Part shown: piece after piece, positions 46,179-56,475 of the stretch
Layout: each line of letters starts with the position of its first letter
Position numbering within the stretch: the first letter of the stretch is position 1
NCBI GenBank assembly: GCA_964187785.1
Contig: OZ076409.1
Location: 9,922,001 to 9,982,000, forward strand
Length of the DNA stretch: 60,000 nucleotides
Direction: 5' to 3'
DNA from: Amphiscolops sp. MND2022
Lineage: Eukaryota
The notes under the pieces: model-generated
Database searches by the model: none
What the model was told of the DNA's origin: nothing
The model's input: only the letters and a program-made list of their open reading frames with translations
Made by a program: the position numbers and the translations under genes

Positions 46179-47096
46179 ATGATTGGGATTTTCATCGTTT
46201 GTGTATCATTCACACTTCTCGCAGAAACAGCGGCTGGAAATTCCAATACGTTTCGTTCCACCGCATTCGAAGACCCAATAAATGAGAAACGTTTGGACGC
46301 AGGAAAAGTTATTGGAACACGGCAAGAATCATCGCGTACAAAATGCGCACTTGCTTGTTCTAAAAATGATGACTGCCTTTCTTTCGCTTTCTGCGGGGAG
46401 AACTCCTGCGAATTGTACAACGAAGACATTTTTTCAACGGAGTATGGAGAGAACATTATAGAAGAAGATTTAAGCTGCAAATATTTTGGGATGAAGAAGA
46501 AATCTAAGCCAATATGCCAGCAAGATGGTTTGTTTGCAGACATACAGAGTGACGATGGAAACAGTGAGTTTTGTCCAATAAGTGGGAAGCGAGTTGATAC
46601 AGAGTGGGGCCAATGGGGAGGGGAAGAAACAGTATACAACCCTCCTGATTGGAAGTTAGTAAACAGGAGAGAGATTGTTATTGAAGCAGCCCATGGGGGA
46701 CTTCTTGACTTGGGAGATTCTGAGCGAGCTTTAGAATGGATCAAGTTTGTAGATCAAGAGATGACATGGGAGGATGCAAAAGCAAATTGCGAAACTTTGG
46801 GTGGAACTTTGTTCTCCAGAGTAGATGGAACTGAGGAACAGTTAGATTTCTTGCTACAGAAAATGAATGGAAAGAGACACTGGTTGGGGATCTACACTGA
46901 GGATCACGAGGTCTGGAAATCAGTGACAGGTGACGTCGTTGAACCAACTTCACTGTATTGGAAAAGTGGTCAACCAAATAATTTTTCAGGTGATCAAAAG
47001 TATGTTGCTAACCGTACATGGAAAACCGAATTGATCATTGGTTTGGCAGATGACGAAAGTTCGAGTGTCAAGGGATCAGTGTGCGACATGCTGTGA
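46179..47096 (+). CDS. Secreted PAN/Apple + C-type lectin domain protein (paralog 2), uninterrupted ORF, 305 aa
   Basis: Signal peptide MIGIFIVCVSFTLLA; same PAN and CTLD motifs as paralog 1; WKSGQPNN loop. Confidence 0.87.
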   Translation: MIGIFIVCVSFTLLAETAAGNSNTFRSTAFEDPINEKRLDAGKVIGTRQESSRTKCALACSKNDDCLSFAFCGENSCELYNEDIFSTEYGENIIEEDLSCKYFGMKKKSKPICQQDGLFADIQSDDGNSEFCPISGKRVDTEWGQWGGEETVYNPPDWKLVNRREIVIEAAHGGLLDLGDSERALEWIKFVDQEMTWEDAKANCETLGGTLFSRVDGTEEQLDFLLQKMNGKRHWLGIYTEDHEVWKSVTGDVVEPTSLYWKSGQPNNFSGDQKYVANRTWKTELIIGLADDESSSVKGSVCDML

Positions 47097-47374
47097 CGGG
47101 CTGCAGGATTAACCAAAAAGTATTAAACTTGACAATACAAAAACTTCAGGATACTAATATTAAAACTGTTCTCCGTCGTTCAACTTAATCGTTACTAATC
47201 TTCATGACCCATGCTGAATATGTTTTTTGCACGCTCATCAAAGTTACCACCAACTTTTACTATGAATTTGTAAATATTTTAGAAGGAGTTTATTGCTAAA
47301 ATGTTCCTTTTTACCGTCGAAAATTACCAAGCTGCTTGACAAAAGTATCCAGATTCAATTAGGAAGCAGTTTTA

Positions 47375-47960
47375 TTTTTAGTCGGCGTTTTCGAAGAAAT
47401 TCCACGACTCTTACAGTGGCTAATTTTTTTCGTCAGTTCAACGCGATCCGTCCACTTTTTTGTTCATTTGTTCAACTTCTTCGACAAATAAATTTCAGGC
47501 TTTCAGAAGCAGGAGAGCGTGGGTTCGAGTCTCGCACTAAATCACAACTTTTTTATTGCTTTCGAATGTAGAGGGGAGACCAAACTTTGGGTGTTTTCAG
47601 GACTTTGTGACTTTTTTCCGAAAAAATTTTGAATTCTATCAAAAGGTACCCCTTAAATTGTTTGAAGTTGTCGGTTTATAAAAAAGTTTATTGAGCCTAA
47701 AGGGTCTGATTTAGGGTTTTCGGCATTGTGCAACTTTTTTATCAAATACTTTTTTGAAACATTTAATTTTTTTGAAAAGTCAATTAGTTTTTTTGATGCT
47801 TCCAGTGCCAGAAAAAAGCTGTCTTCGAGTTTCGGGGAAATCTCTTTCAGGATTTTTTGGCACTGTGTGATAAATAAAAAAAATCTTAATTGCTTGAGTT
47901 TCTCTTTGAATAGTATCGAGCCTTAGAAATGACGCCGACTTGGGTCGTTCCCGGCTTGTT
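47375..47960 (-). repeat. Dispersed non-autonomous element with asymmetric subterminal inverted repeats (Helentron/HINE-like)
   Basis: agtcggcg (47380-47387) / cgccgact (47933-47940) inverted pair, 3' hairpin potential, T-rich flanks, other copies in the window. Confidence 0.55.
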
Positions 47961-49990
47961 ATATGATCTAAGATGATATTTTTTTCACCGCCATTGCAAT
48001 GCGAATTCAATTCGTATACAGCACCTAATCACAAAACAATTCCTCGAAACTGATGCTTGAAAAGCCTCACTGCTCTGAAAATCACAGGCAAAACATATAC
48101 TCTGTGTTGTACAAAACCAAAGATAATTGTTTCAATAAATAAAATATTCATTTATTGTCAATATATTTTTTCAATTGTCAATATCATATATGACATAAGG
48201 TTGATAAAGTTCTCACGCTACTGAGAAGAAAACACTGAATCGAAGGATTTACATTACGTTTTAAGTTGTTTTGAAATTTTGTTGACACTTATTTGCACTT
48301 TTAAGACTTCTAATGTTTTATGCTATCAGTTGTTTGATTCATTCAAAAATTTGAATGAATCAAATGCCATTACAATTCCACTTATGTATGACGTAATGTC
48401 TCCTTTCGCTTCGTATAGACAATTATGTGTATTGAATGAAGTCAACTATCAACATAAAGTGTGTCGTCGCCTTTTTTACGTGGACCTACTTTTAGTCGTG
48501 TTGTAACCCAAAATGATTCTAATATGATGCTAATTTTAGAAACAAAACACCCATGTTTTTGAGTGTCATGCCCTGTGGAGTATATATACACAGACTAAAC
48601 TCAAAACGACACCCTCTAATGATAACCTTTGTATCATTCTTTTGGTATTTAGCTGTGACTATTGTTTTCACGTTTCAATAAAAAACCTGTGAACTCCCGA
48701 CGTTTTTCTTATGTTGGAAGCCCAATTTCTCAACGACAATTTTGTTCTTTAAATGCCCTCAACTACAAAGCAGAAAGCTAGAGAACAAGATCACGTCAAT
48801 CAGACTCGTTGACAGATTTGAAAGATATGAACATACAACGGTCTAGAAAAAGACTCACAAGCGGACCTAATATCCAATGGGCGCCGAGAAAGCAATAGCT
48901 GAAACATTAGAAAATAGATCTATGATGAACTTTAAATTTATTGCTTGAGTTTCTCTTTGAATAATATCGAGCCTTAGAAATGACGCCGACTTGGGTCGTT
49001 CCCGGCTTGTTATATGATCTAAGATGATATTTTTTTCACCGCCATTGCAATCCGAATTCAATTCGTATACAGCACCTAATCACAAAACAATTCCTCGAAA
49101 CTGATGCTTGAAAAGCCTCACTGCTCTGAAAATCACAGGCAAAACATATACTCTGTGTTGTACAAAACCAAAGATAATTGTTTCAATAAATAAAATATTC
49201 ATTTATTGTCAATATATTTTTTCAATTGTCAATATCATATATCACATGAGGTTGTTAAAGTTCTCCCGCTACAGAGAAGAAAACACTGAATCGAAGGATT
49301 TACATTACGTTTTAGGTTGTTTTGAATTTTTGTTGACACTTATTTGCACTTTTAAGACTTCTAATGTTTTATGCTATCAGTTGTTTGATTCATTCAAAAA
49401 TTTGAATGAATCAAATGCCATTACAATTCCACTTATGTATGACGTAATGTCTCCTTTCGCTTCGTATAGACAATTATGTGTATTGAATGAAGTCAACTAT
49501 CAACATAAAGTGTGTCGTCGCCTTTTTTACGTGGACCTACTTTTAGTCGTGTTGTAACCCAAAATGATTCTAATATGATGCTAATTTTAGAAACAAAACA
49601 CCCATGTTTTTGAGTGTCATGCCCTGTGGAGTATATATACACAGACTAAACTCAAAACGACACCCTCTAATGATAACCTTTGTATCATTCTTTTGGTATT
49701 TAGCTGTGACTATTGTTTTCACGTTTCAATAAATAACCTGTGAACTCCCGACGTTTTTCTTATGTTGGAAGCCCAATTTCTCAACGACAATTTTGTTCTT
49801 TAAAGGCCCTCAACTACAAAGCAGAAAGCTAGAGAACAAGATCACGTCAATCAGACTCGTTGACAGATTTGAAAGATATGAACATACAACGGTCTAGAAA
49901 AAGACTCACAAGCGGACCTAATATCCAATGGGCGCCGAGAAAGCAATAGCTGAAACATTAGAAAATAGATCTATGATGAACTTTAAATTT
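47889..49990 (+). repeat. Head-to-tail tandem duplication, 2 x 1051 bp, near-identical
   Basis: 47889-48939 matches 48940-49990 with few substitutions. Confidence 0.95.
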
Positions 49991-50285
49991 ATAGAAAATA
50001 GTTCAAAACGCTGAAAAATTTTATGAACTTGAATATGAGGGCAATAGACTCTGCATTTGTAGTGAAAATAATTCCACAGATTCAAGTTAGCCTGGAAGGC
50101 ACCAACGAGGGATTAAACAATGAAGTGGACCTATAGTCGAAGGACTAGAGAGGAAACCGGAAATTGAGTTAGACCACGAAAGCGCCAAAACCATGAAAGG
50201 AGGAATTTCATTCAATGTAACTCTGCTAGATAGGTGAGCGAGACCCTTGTATTATCGGAAGCAGAGTTATGACTTTGCGACAGTA

Positions 50286-50596
50286 CCCGTACTGACAAAA
50301 ATTTGAATTCCAGGACTGCCAAGGATTCCCAAGGACTGGTAACGACTTGTCAAGTTCTGGACCAGTCCTTACATGTGCCACTTTTAGCCTTACAAGTCCT
50401 GGACCAGTCCTTACCAGTCCTGGGGATTTCTCCAGGACTGCTAAGGACTGGACCAGGACTGGTAAGAACTTGTGAATTTTCCGAAAACTGGGGGAATCCT
50501 TGGCAGTCCTTGGAATCCTTGAGTTATCCTGGCAAGGACTTGGAATCCTTGAATTATCCTGGCAAGGACTTAAGTCCACTGGAGTGTCAGTACGGG
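50286..50596. mobile_element. MITE with 12-bp TIRs (cccgtactgaca) and TA target-site duplication
   Basis: ta|cccgtactgaca ... tgtcagtacggg|ta; interior rich in ccaggact/agtcctgg and caaggact/agtccttg in both orientations. Confidence 0.88.
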
Positions 50597-51701
50597 TAGC
50601 AAAATACATCCCTCATGTTGTTTCTTGAGTTCCTGACATGATCCCACAAGGCCACGGCTAAGAAAGTTGCGAATTTATGCTATTCTGCGAATTCTCATTG
50701 ATTATTTTTAAGCATCTTGATAATAATAACTTCATCAGTGACTCGTACCACCCATCAGTGGACTAAAACGTCATACAAACAAAATCAAACAATTTTATAA
50801 CTGTTTTGTTTAATTTCAGTGCTGGTAAGTTGAGATTTCAATAAATAAACGCTTACGTCAGCATGACACCAACAGCGAAATTTGCTCGCGCCTAATTGCG
50901 CTAAATTTAATGAATTCGAAACGAAGTGGATCATTTGTCATTCCGACGGCAGCTGGAAAGATAGTGCGCTTGGAATGAAACTGTGGACCTTTTGTCCACG
51001 GAAGTACAACAAAACAATTCAAACTCAGATGAAGATTTCTAAAATCGTGCTAGTTTTATATTTAAACGAGTTAGCGTGGGACCACTCACACGCGGATGTG
51101 ATTGAACTAAATTGGGCATTACGTAAATTTTGTGCTATTGAATAAGGTCAACGAAATGCACATTTTTGTACTCTGTTAATTTGATATTTTTTGACAATTA
51201 CATCTATTCTTTAAATCATAGTTCGTCATTTTTTTTCTCTTTTATCATGTTAATCAAGAATGTTGCATACTCATTTAATTTTGCTAACTCATTAGAAGTT
51301 AAACATAAATTTGATGTTAAACACTCATCGAGTCGAGTGCGAATCGAGATTTAATTGTAGCAAAGGTTTTTATGCTGGCGGCCTCTGTTTTTTTTCAGTT
51401 TTAAAGGGACAGTCGGAGCCTCCTGCGAATTATATTAGTAAGAAAAAAACAGCACAATCACTGCGGAATAGCTCACCAGTGTTCTTCCTGGCGTCAACGG
51501 GCAAATAGTACGTGTGTTGGGCTCTCAAGAAGACGATGTCTTATTCGAGCTTTTAATTTGATATAGAACAAACGATGGACATTGTTGTCGGCTCTGTAAA
51601 TGGACTTAGAGTCAATACATTGCTGCACTCTTTTTTTTGATTTTTGTAGTTTTGTATACGATTTTACTACATGTATTTAATGTACAAACTTATATAGTAC
51701 G

Positions 51702-52451
51702 CAGGGACCGTAGTTTTATGCGCAACATTTTGCCAAATTATAGGCTCAGTTATGCGCTAAATTATGGCAGAATATGCGGCAAAGTATGCAATTTTAGAGG
51801 CTCTTGCTCACTTTCTGGAAAACATGCGCCCGTTCGCAATAATGTAGTTTGGTTCTTTTTAACAAAAGAAACTGGCATTTATGTACAGAAACATCAACTC
51901 TTTAATTGTCTTTAGGCCTAAATTATGTCTGTCGTCGGTCAAAAGTTTATGGAAGTAACTAAACACTCTTTCTACTGCGGCAGAAGAGCAGACTGCAAAG
52001 CCATAAGTTTCAGCAATTTTTGCCAAGATGGGCAGCTTGTTAGACATTGAAACCCAAAAGTCACGAACTTGCTGTAGCTCTTCTTGTATGGACAAATCTG
52101 CACTGTAGTTTAATTGGAATTCTCTGACGAGAATACGGTAACCAAATTTTTCTGCTGTAGGTACTGTGTCGAAGTCAGGAACATGCTTGAGGTCCGCATT
52201 GTCGGGAAAACTGAGGCTCTTGACAGGATGATTCAATATCTTTGAGAAAATTTCGAGCAGGGTGGGAACCATGATTTTCCGAGAAGTATTTCTTGATTTT
52301 TTTGTAGGCATTTGTTGACGCCCGATTAACCTGCTGGGCTAACTTCTGCATGTGGTCGCTGGAAAAAGTCTGTCATAATTTCTGTGATCTGGGTTACAGA
52401 ATCTGTGGAAAGGGACATCTGGGCAGTAGGACGAATCCCGTTATAATGAGC
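51702..52451 (-). mobile_element. hAT DNA transposon 3' remnant (transposase dimerization domain plus terminus), cut by an LTR element
   Basis: FW....LPILAKIA......SSAAVERVFS (hATC motif); caggg terminus at 51702 with tatgc subterminal repeats. Confidence 0.8.
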
Positions 52452-52632
52452 TGTTAAAGACTTGTTGGATGTGTGACTTTATTTCATTTAGGGAATACAT
52501 AAGAAGTTCTTACTAAGTCTTAACAGAATACCGTCTAGCTAGCTATACTTATTTCAATGAACTGAGTAGGACTATTCAGACTGAGATCTCAGAATTCTTT
52601 CTCTTCGAGGATGAGAGTACTGGTTGATTACA
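52452..52632 (-). repeat. Putative 3' LTR (181 bp)
   Basis: Minus strand tgtaatc...tttaaca with aataaa ~25 nt before the end; abuts the interrupted hAT coding sequence; partner LTR not in window. Confidence 0.55.
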
Positions 52633-53958
52633 ACATTCGAGTTACTCTGATTATACAGATTTAGTTAGTACATCAATCAATAATGAGATTAAATAGACTT
52701 CAAATAATTATAGGATGAAGTACAAGAGATTACATTTATAATGAAATATCAGCATCTCGATAATGAGGTATTAACTTCTGAGTAGAGTGACATCTGTCAT
52801 GCTATTAAGTCATGAAGTTTATTTATATTTTTACAAATTTAAGATTCTTGATGTCATGCATCACGACATCACAATCGACCGGGTTTTTGAAAAATTAAAA
52901 TAAATCCATATGTTCTGAAGGTTTGGGTTTTTTACTAAAGGTGTTCAATGGTTCATGTTATATTCGAGTACCATACATAAGGAGTGAGAACAACCTAAGA
53001 CGGTTTGAACTTCTTAGTAATTTGACGGTTCACATTGGTGCAACGTTTTTCAGTCAAGAAATTTTGATTCACAGTGTTGTTCAAGTTATTGTTTGACAAC
53101 CTTGTGGTAAGCTCCATCGGCTTTGATCAAAAAAATACATGAGTTCTCCAAATGAGTAGTCGCATGAAAACTTTTTGGATTGAAGAACATTTGTAAAAGT
53201 TGTCAATGAGGTGTGAACAAACATTGGCGGGTTGTGAACAAAGTGTGAAGAAGTCTAGAAGTGGCAAAGGTTGAGTTCATTTTTCACTCAAAAGAAAGAT
53301 TGGATGATTGAAAAAGGATTCAAACTTCAAATTTTTGTTCAAATTCCTAGAGTAAAACATTTGTTCTATAAGAACAGGTCTTGTACTATGAAAAACGAAG
53401 AAGGACAAGAATATATTCAGTAAAATAATATGTAATATATGGTGAATTTTCGTATTTTGCACAAAGTGTTGGTATTATATGATTATATAGCAACAACGAA
53501 TATAGGGTTTCGATGAATTAAGCACTAAATGAAGTATAGTGGGCTAATTTTGACTAAAATATTAAGAATTATAATAGAGTATACATTGGTTATAATTAGT
53601 TAATAGATTATTAACAGGGAATATTTTGAATATAAGTATTTTTGAGAGTATAGATTGAGATTATACAGTGATGAAATAAGATTATAGATTAAGAATATAC
53701 AGTGATGAAGTTTTGTAAAAGTTTGAAGTTTGAAGTAAAGTGAAGTGGTGTAGTCATCTGACGAAGAAGCAGAGAGGACCACGAAGTGACGATGTCTGGA
53801 GAGACAGCGAAGAAGAGTAGCAGCGACGCAAGAGAAGAAGTGGCGATGTGGAGAGGTTGAGAAGCAGGAAGTGAGAGATGCATGTTGACAATGATGACAT
53901 CTATGAAGCCATGAAAGAAAGCAACAGCATCAGAGTGATGAGAAGTGAAGAGAATAGG

Positions 53959-54435
53959 TTAGTTGGAATTATCAGAAGTGTAATTTTTTGGCCAAAATGT
54001 GTGTTTTGACGGAGGGTGGACTTGGTGGGTCTCAAGATTGTAGCGCTGCAATTGTTGTGTGTACCCAAAGTCTAAGAGTACAGCATTGAAGGCGTCAATA
54101 GCGTCATCCAATGCTACTTGAAAACAGTTGTCCTTCGTAGTAAACGCGGAGTTGAGGACGAACACAGTGTCAGAAGTAATTTCACAAATGGCGATTTTTG
54201 GTCCATTAACATGAACTCGATAATACTGTTCAAAGGTGATCTGCTTTTTCTTGATCTGGCAGACATTGTAGAGAACCTTAAGAAAGGAACGACGAGTAGG
54301 GAGAGTGACGTTTCCTTTATTTATTTCCAGAGACATTTTGTAGGCCATAGTATGAAAAATGGCAGCTTTTAGGCTATGGACTTTAGATTCAGTTGAAGTA
54401 ACGAGTTGTTTTATTTCAGACTTTTGCGGAGCCAT
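53959..54435 (-). CDS. Accessory ORF of the env element, 158 aa, unknown function
   Basis: ATG-initiated intact ORF (MAPQKSEIKQ...) with globular-looking composition. Confidence 0.65.
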   Translation of the reverse strand: MAPQKSEIKQLVTSTESKVHSLKAAIFHTMAYKMSLEINKGNVTLPTRRSFLKVLYNVCQIKKKQITFEQYYRVHVNGPKIAICEITSDTVFVLNSAFTTKDNCFQVALDDAIDAFNAVLLDFGYTQQLQRYNLETHQVHPPSKHTFWPKNYTSDNSN

Positions 54436-55059
54436 TGGATGAAGAATGAAAAGTGAAGTCTTGATAGAGTTTTCTGGAATTGGCAGAGACTGAAAGGAGT
54501 CCAGAAGGAGGAAGAAGAATAGAAGTTTCTAAAACAAAAGGAGTCTGAGATTTGAAGACCAAATGCCAAACGTTTTTGTTACATAACTTGGTGCTATAAT
54601 ATGGATGTTGTTTTTGTATTATAGTTGAAAAGAGATTCTGAAAAAGTGCTAGAAGTGAACAAGAGTACAATAGATGAATGAGTTTTTGTGCTACAGATGT
54701 TGTCAAAATTTTATGAAAAATAAATTAGGGATGCTACCTGTAGTTTGGAATGAAAATGTTCAAGAGAGAAAGGTGTCCAAAAATGTCCAATATCGGAGGA
54801 AAACTAAAGAAATTTGTATTACCTGAGAGACGATTTAGTGGATATTAAGAGTATTAAAAAGAGTATTCATAGATTCAAGCGCAGATTGGATTGCTTGAGA
54901 GGATTGTGTTATGCGCTGAGAATCGAGATCTAGAGTCTTAAGGAGTTGTGAAGTCCTGTTATGGCAATGTATGAGATGATTAAGAGTGGTGATTGGAGAA
55001 TCGGACGGATTGCGTATATGGATCTAGCTTTTGGGTGAGATCCTTAAGAGTACGATTAT

Positions 55060-56259
55060 TTAATATAGTCGCAAGTTTTTCACTGGTAGTTTGTTTGATG
55101 GGAGATTTCGTAGGAGTTTTATGATCATTATAAGAACGTTGTTCATTTTGAACTGCGAGTTGTTGTTCAGCTTGAACCATTGAACCATGTATGAGATGAC
55201 TTTCGCGGCTATGAACAAAAGTTCGTTGTAAGAATAGGATTGTTTATAGAGAGCGGTATAATGTGAGGTATCTTTGTCGTCTAATGGTGTAGAAACAAGA
55301 TGTTTGATGACTGTCAAAGGTTTGACAATCTGAGTGGGAGTGTTGCAGGGCAACAGGAAGTCATCAAAATGAATAAGGTACTCTTGAGGTACAATGAGAG
55401 GACGAGAAGTATCATTATGAGGAAGCAAACAAAAATATTGTTTGATTGGGTCAAAGTTTCGAAGGTAGCCGGTTATTTTGGAGCGATCAATAGTGTACAA
55501 ATTTGTCATGGTGAAAGGAGAAGTATATTTATAGTTTGCAAATATGTAGTTTTTAGGTTTTGAGTGTTGAAGAAAGCGGGTATACGTTAAATGATGAGTG
55601 GCTTTTTGTGCTGTAGATAGAAAAGATGGATCGTTTTCATCCGTTTTTAGATCATAGATCGATGGGCGAAGGAAATTGAATTGGAGAGAAAGTATTTTGA
55701 TTCCATTTTCAAGCCAATATTGATAGGGTGCCATAATTTTAGAAGCAATGGACGTGAAGAAATCTTGATTTTTATCATACAATTTGCAGGTGTAGTCAGT
55801 AGGATGCATATATAGAGAAGTCAGTTGTGATTTGAAGGAGAAGCGGTTTGTAGAAAGTATTGGTACAAGATAGTCATCACGGGTCGTAGAGAGTTGTAGT
55901 TTTGTAGGTATTATTGGTGGATAGATTGGTGATGAAAGAAATGCAGGATCTTTCATGATTTCATATTTCCTTTTTGTTGGTGGAGGAGTATCAGGAGATT
56001 GATCATGATCCGAAGGTGTTTTACTTTTTAAAGGAAGATTTTGGTGTTCCATTTGATCAGGATTGGGATCATCAGATGTTTCTTCAGTATCAAGAAAGAA
56101 AACAGGAGAGCCATTTGAAAGAGGTTTAGTAATAAGATCAGCAGTGTGCACTTCAAGTTGATTTTGAAGATCAATTTGTTCTTGAGTTACTTGAGAAGTC
56201 ATGTTGTGAAACTCTAGTTGTGCTTGGGTCATATTAGGAAGCGATTTTTGGAAGTACAA
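55060..56259 (-). CDS. Accessory ORF of the env element, ~390 aa, probably continuing after a frameshift (54980-55180 frame); unknown function
   Basis: Long open frame directly after env; acidic/Pro-rich N-terminus with PPPTKRK (NLS-like), then aromatic-rich globular region. Confidence 0.6.
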   Translation of the reverse strand: MYFQKSLPNMTQAQLEFHNMTSQVTQEQIDLQNQLEVHTADLITKPLSNGSPVFFLDTEETSDDPNPDQMEHQNLPLKSKTPSDHDQSPDTPPPTKRKYEIMKDPAFLSSPIYPPIIPTKLQLSTTRDDYLVPILSTNRFSFKSQLTSLYMHPTDYTCKLYDKNQDFFTSIASKIMAPYQYWLENGIKILSLQFNFLRPSIYDLKTDENDPSFLSTAQKATHHLTYTRFLQHSKPKNYIFANYKYTSPFTMTNLYTIDRSKITGYLRNFDPIKQYFCLLPHNDTSRPLIVPQEYLIHFDDFLLPCNTPTQIVKPLTVIKHLVSTPLDDKDTSHYTALYKQSYSYNELLFIAAKVISYMVQWFKLNNNSQFKMNNVLIMIIKLLRNLPSNKLPVKNLRLY

Positions 56260-56475
56260 TATGGAAACAAAACACTAACGTGTGGCTTTATCAGAAGTTT
56301 TTGGAGTAGAAATGTTGACACGAATGTTTAGGTTAATTTCGATTTTCGATTCAATTGTTGAAATATGTAGAGTTTTTCAGAGAAATAGATATTTAGAAGA
56401 TTGATTGAAAGTTTGCAAAGAATTTTTTGTGAGGAGAGAGTCGAGAGCGATGAAGTTAGATCGAAGAGTGGCCAG

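Noticed and set aside
10097..47096. Diversity-generating retroelement (variable C-terminal C-type lectin region near an RT)
   Set aside because: No non-coding template repeat is visible, differences between the paralogs are not adenine-specific, and all RTs here are LINE, Gypsy or BEL type
48279..49557. ORFs in the 1051-bp tandem repeat
   Set aside because: Non-ATG starts, AT-rich composition, frame interrupted in one copy
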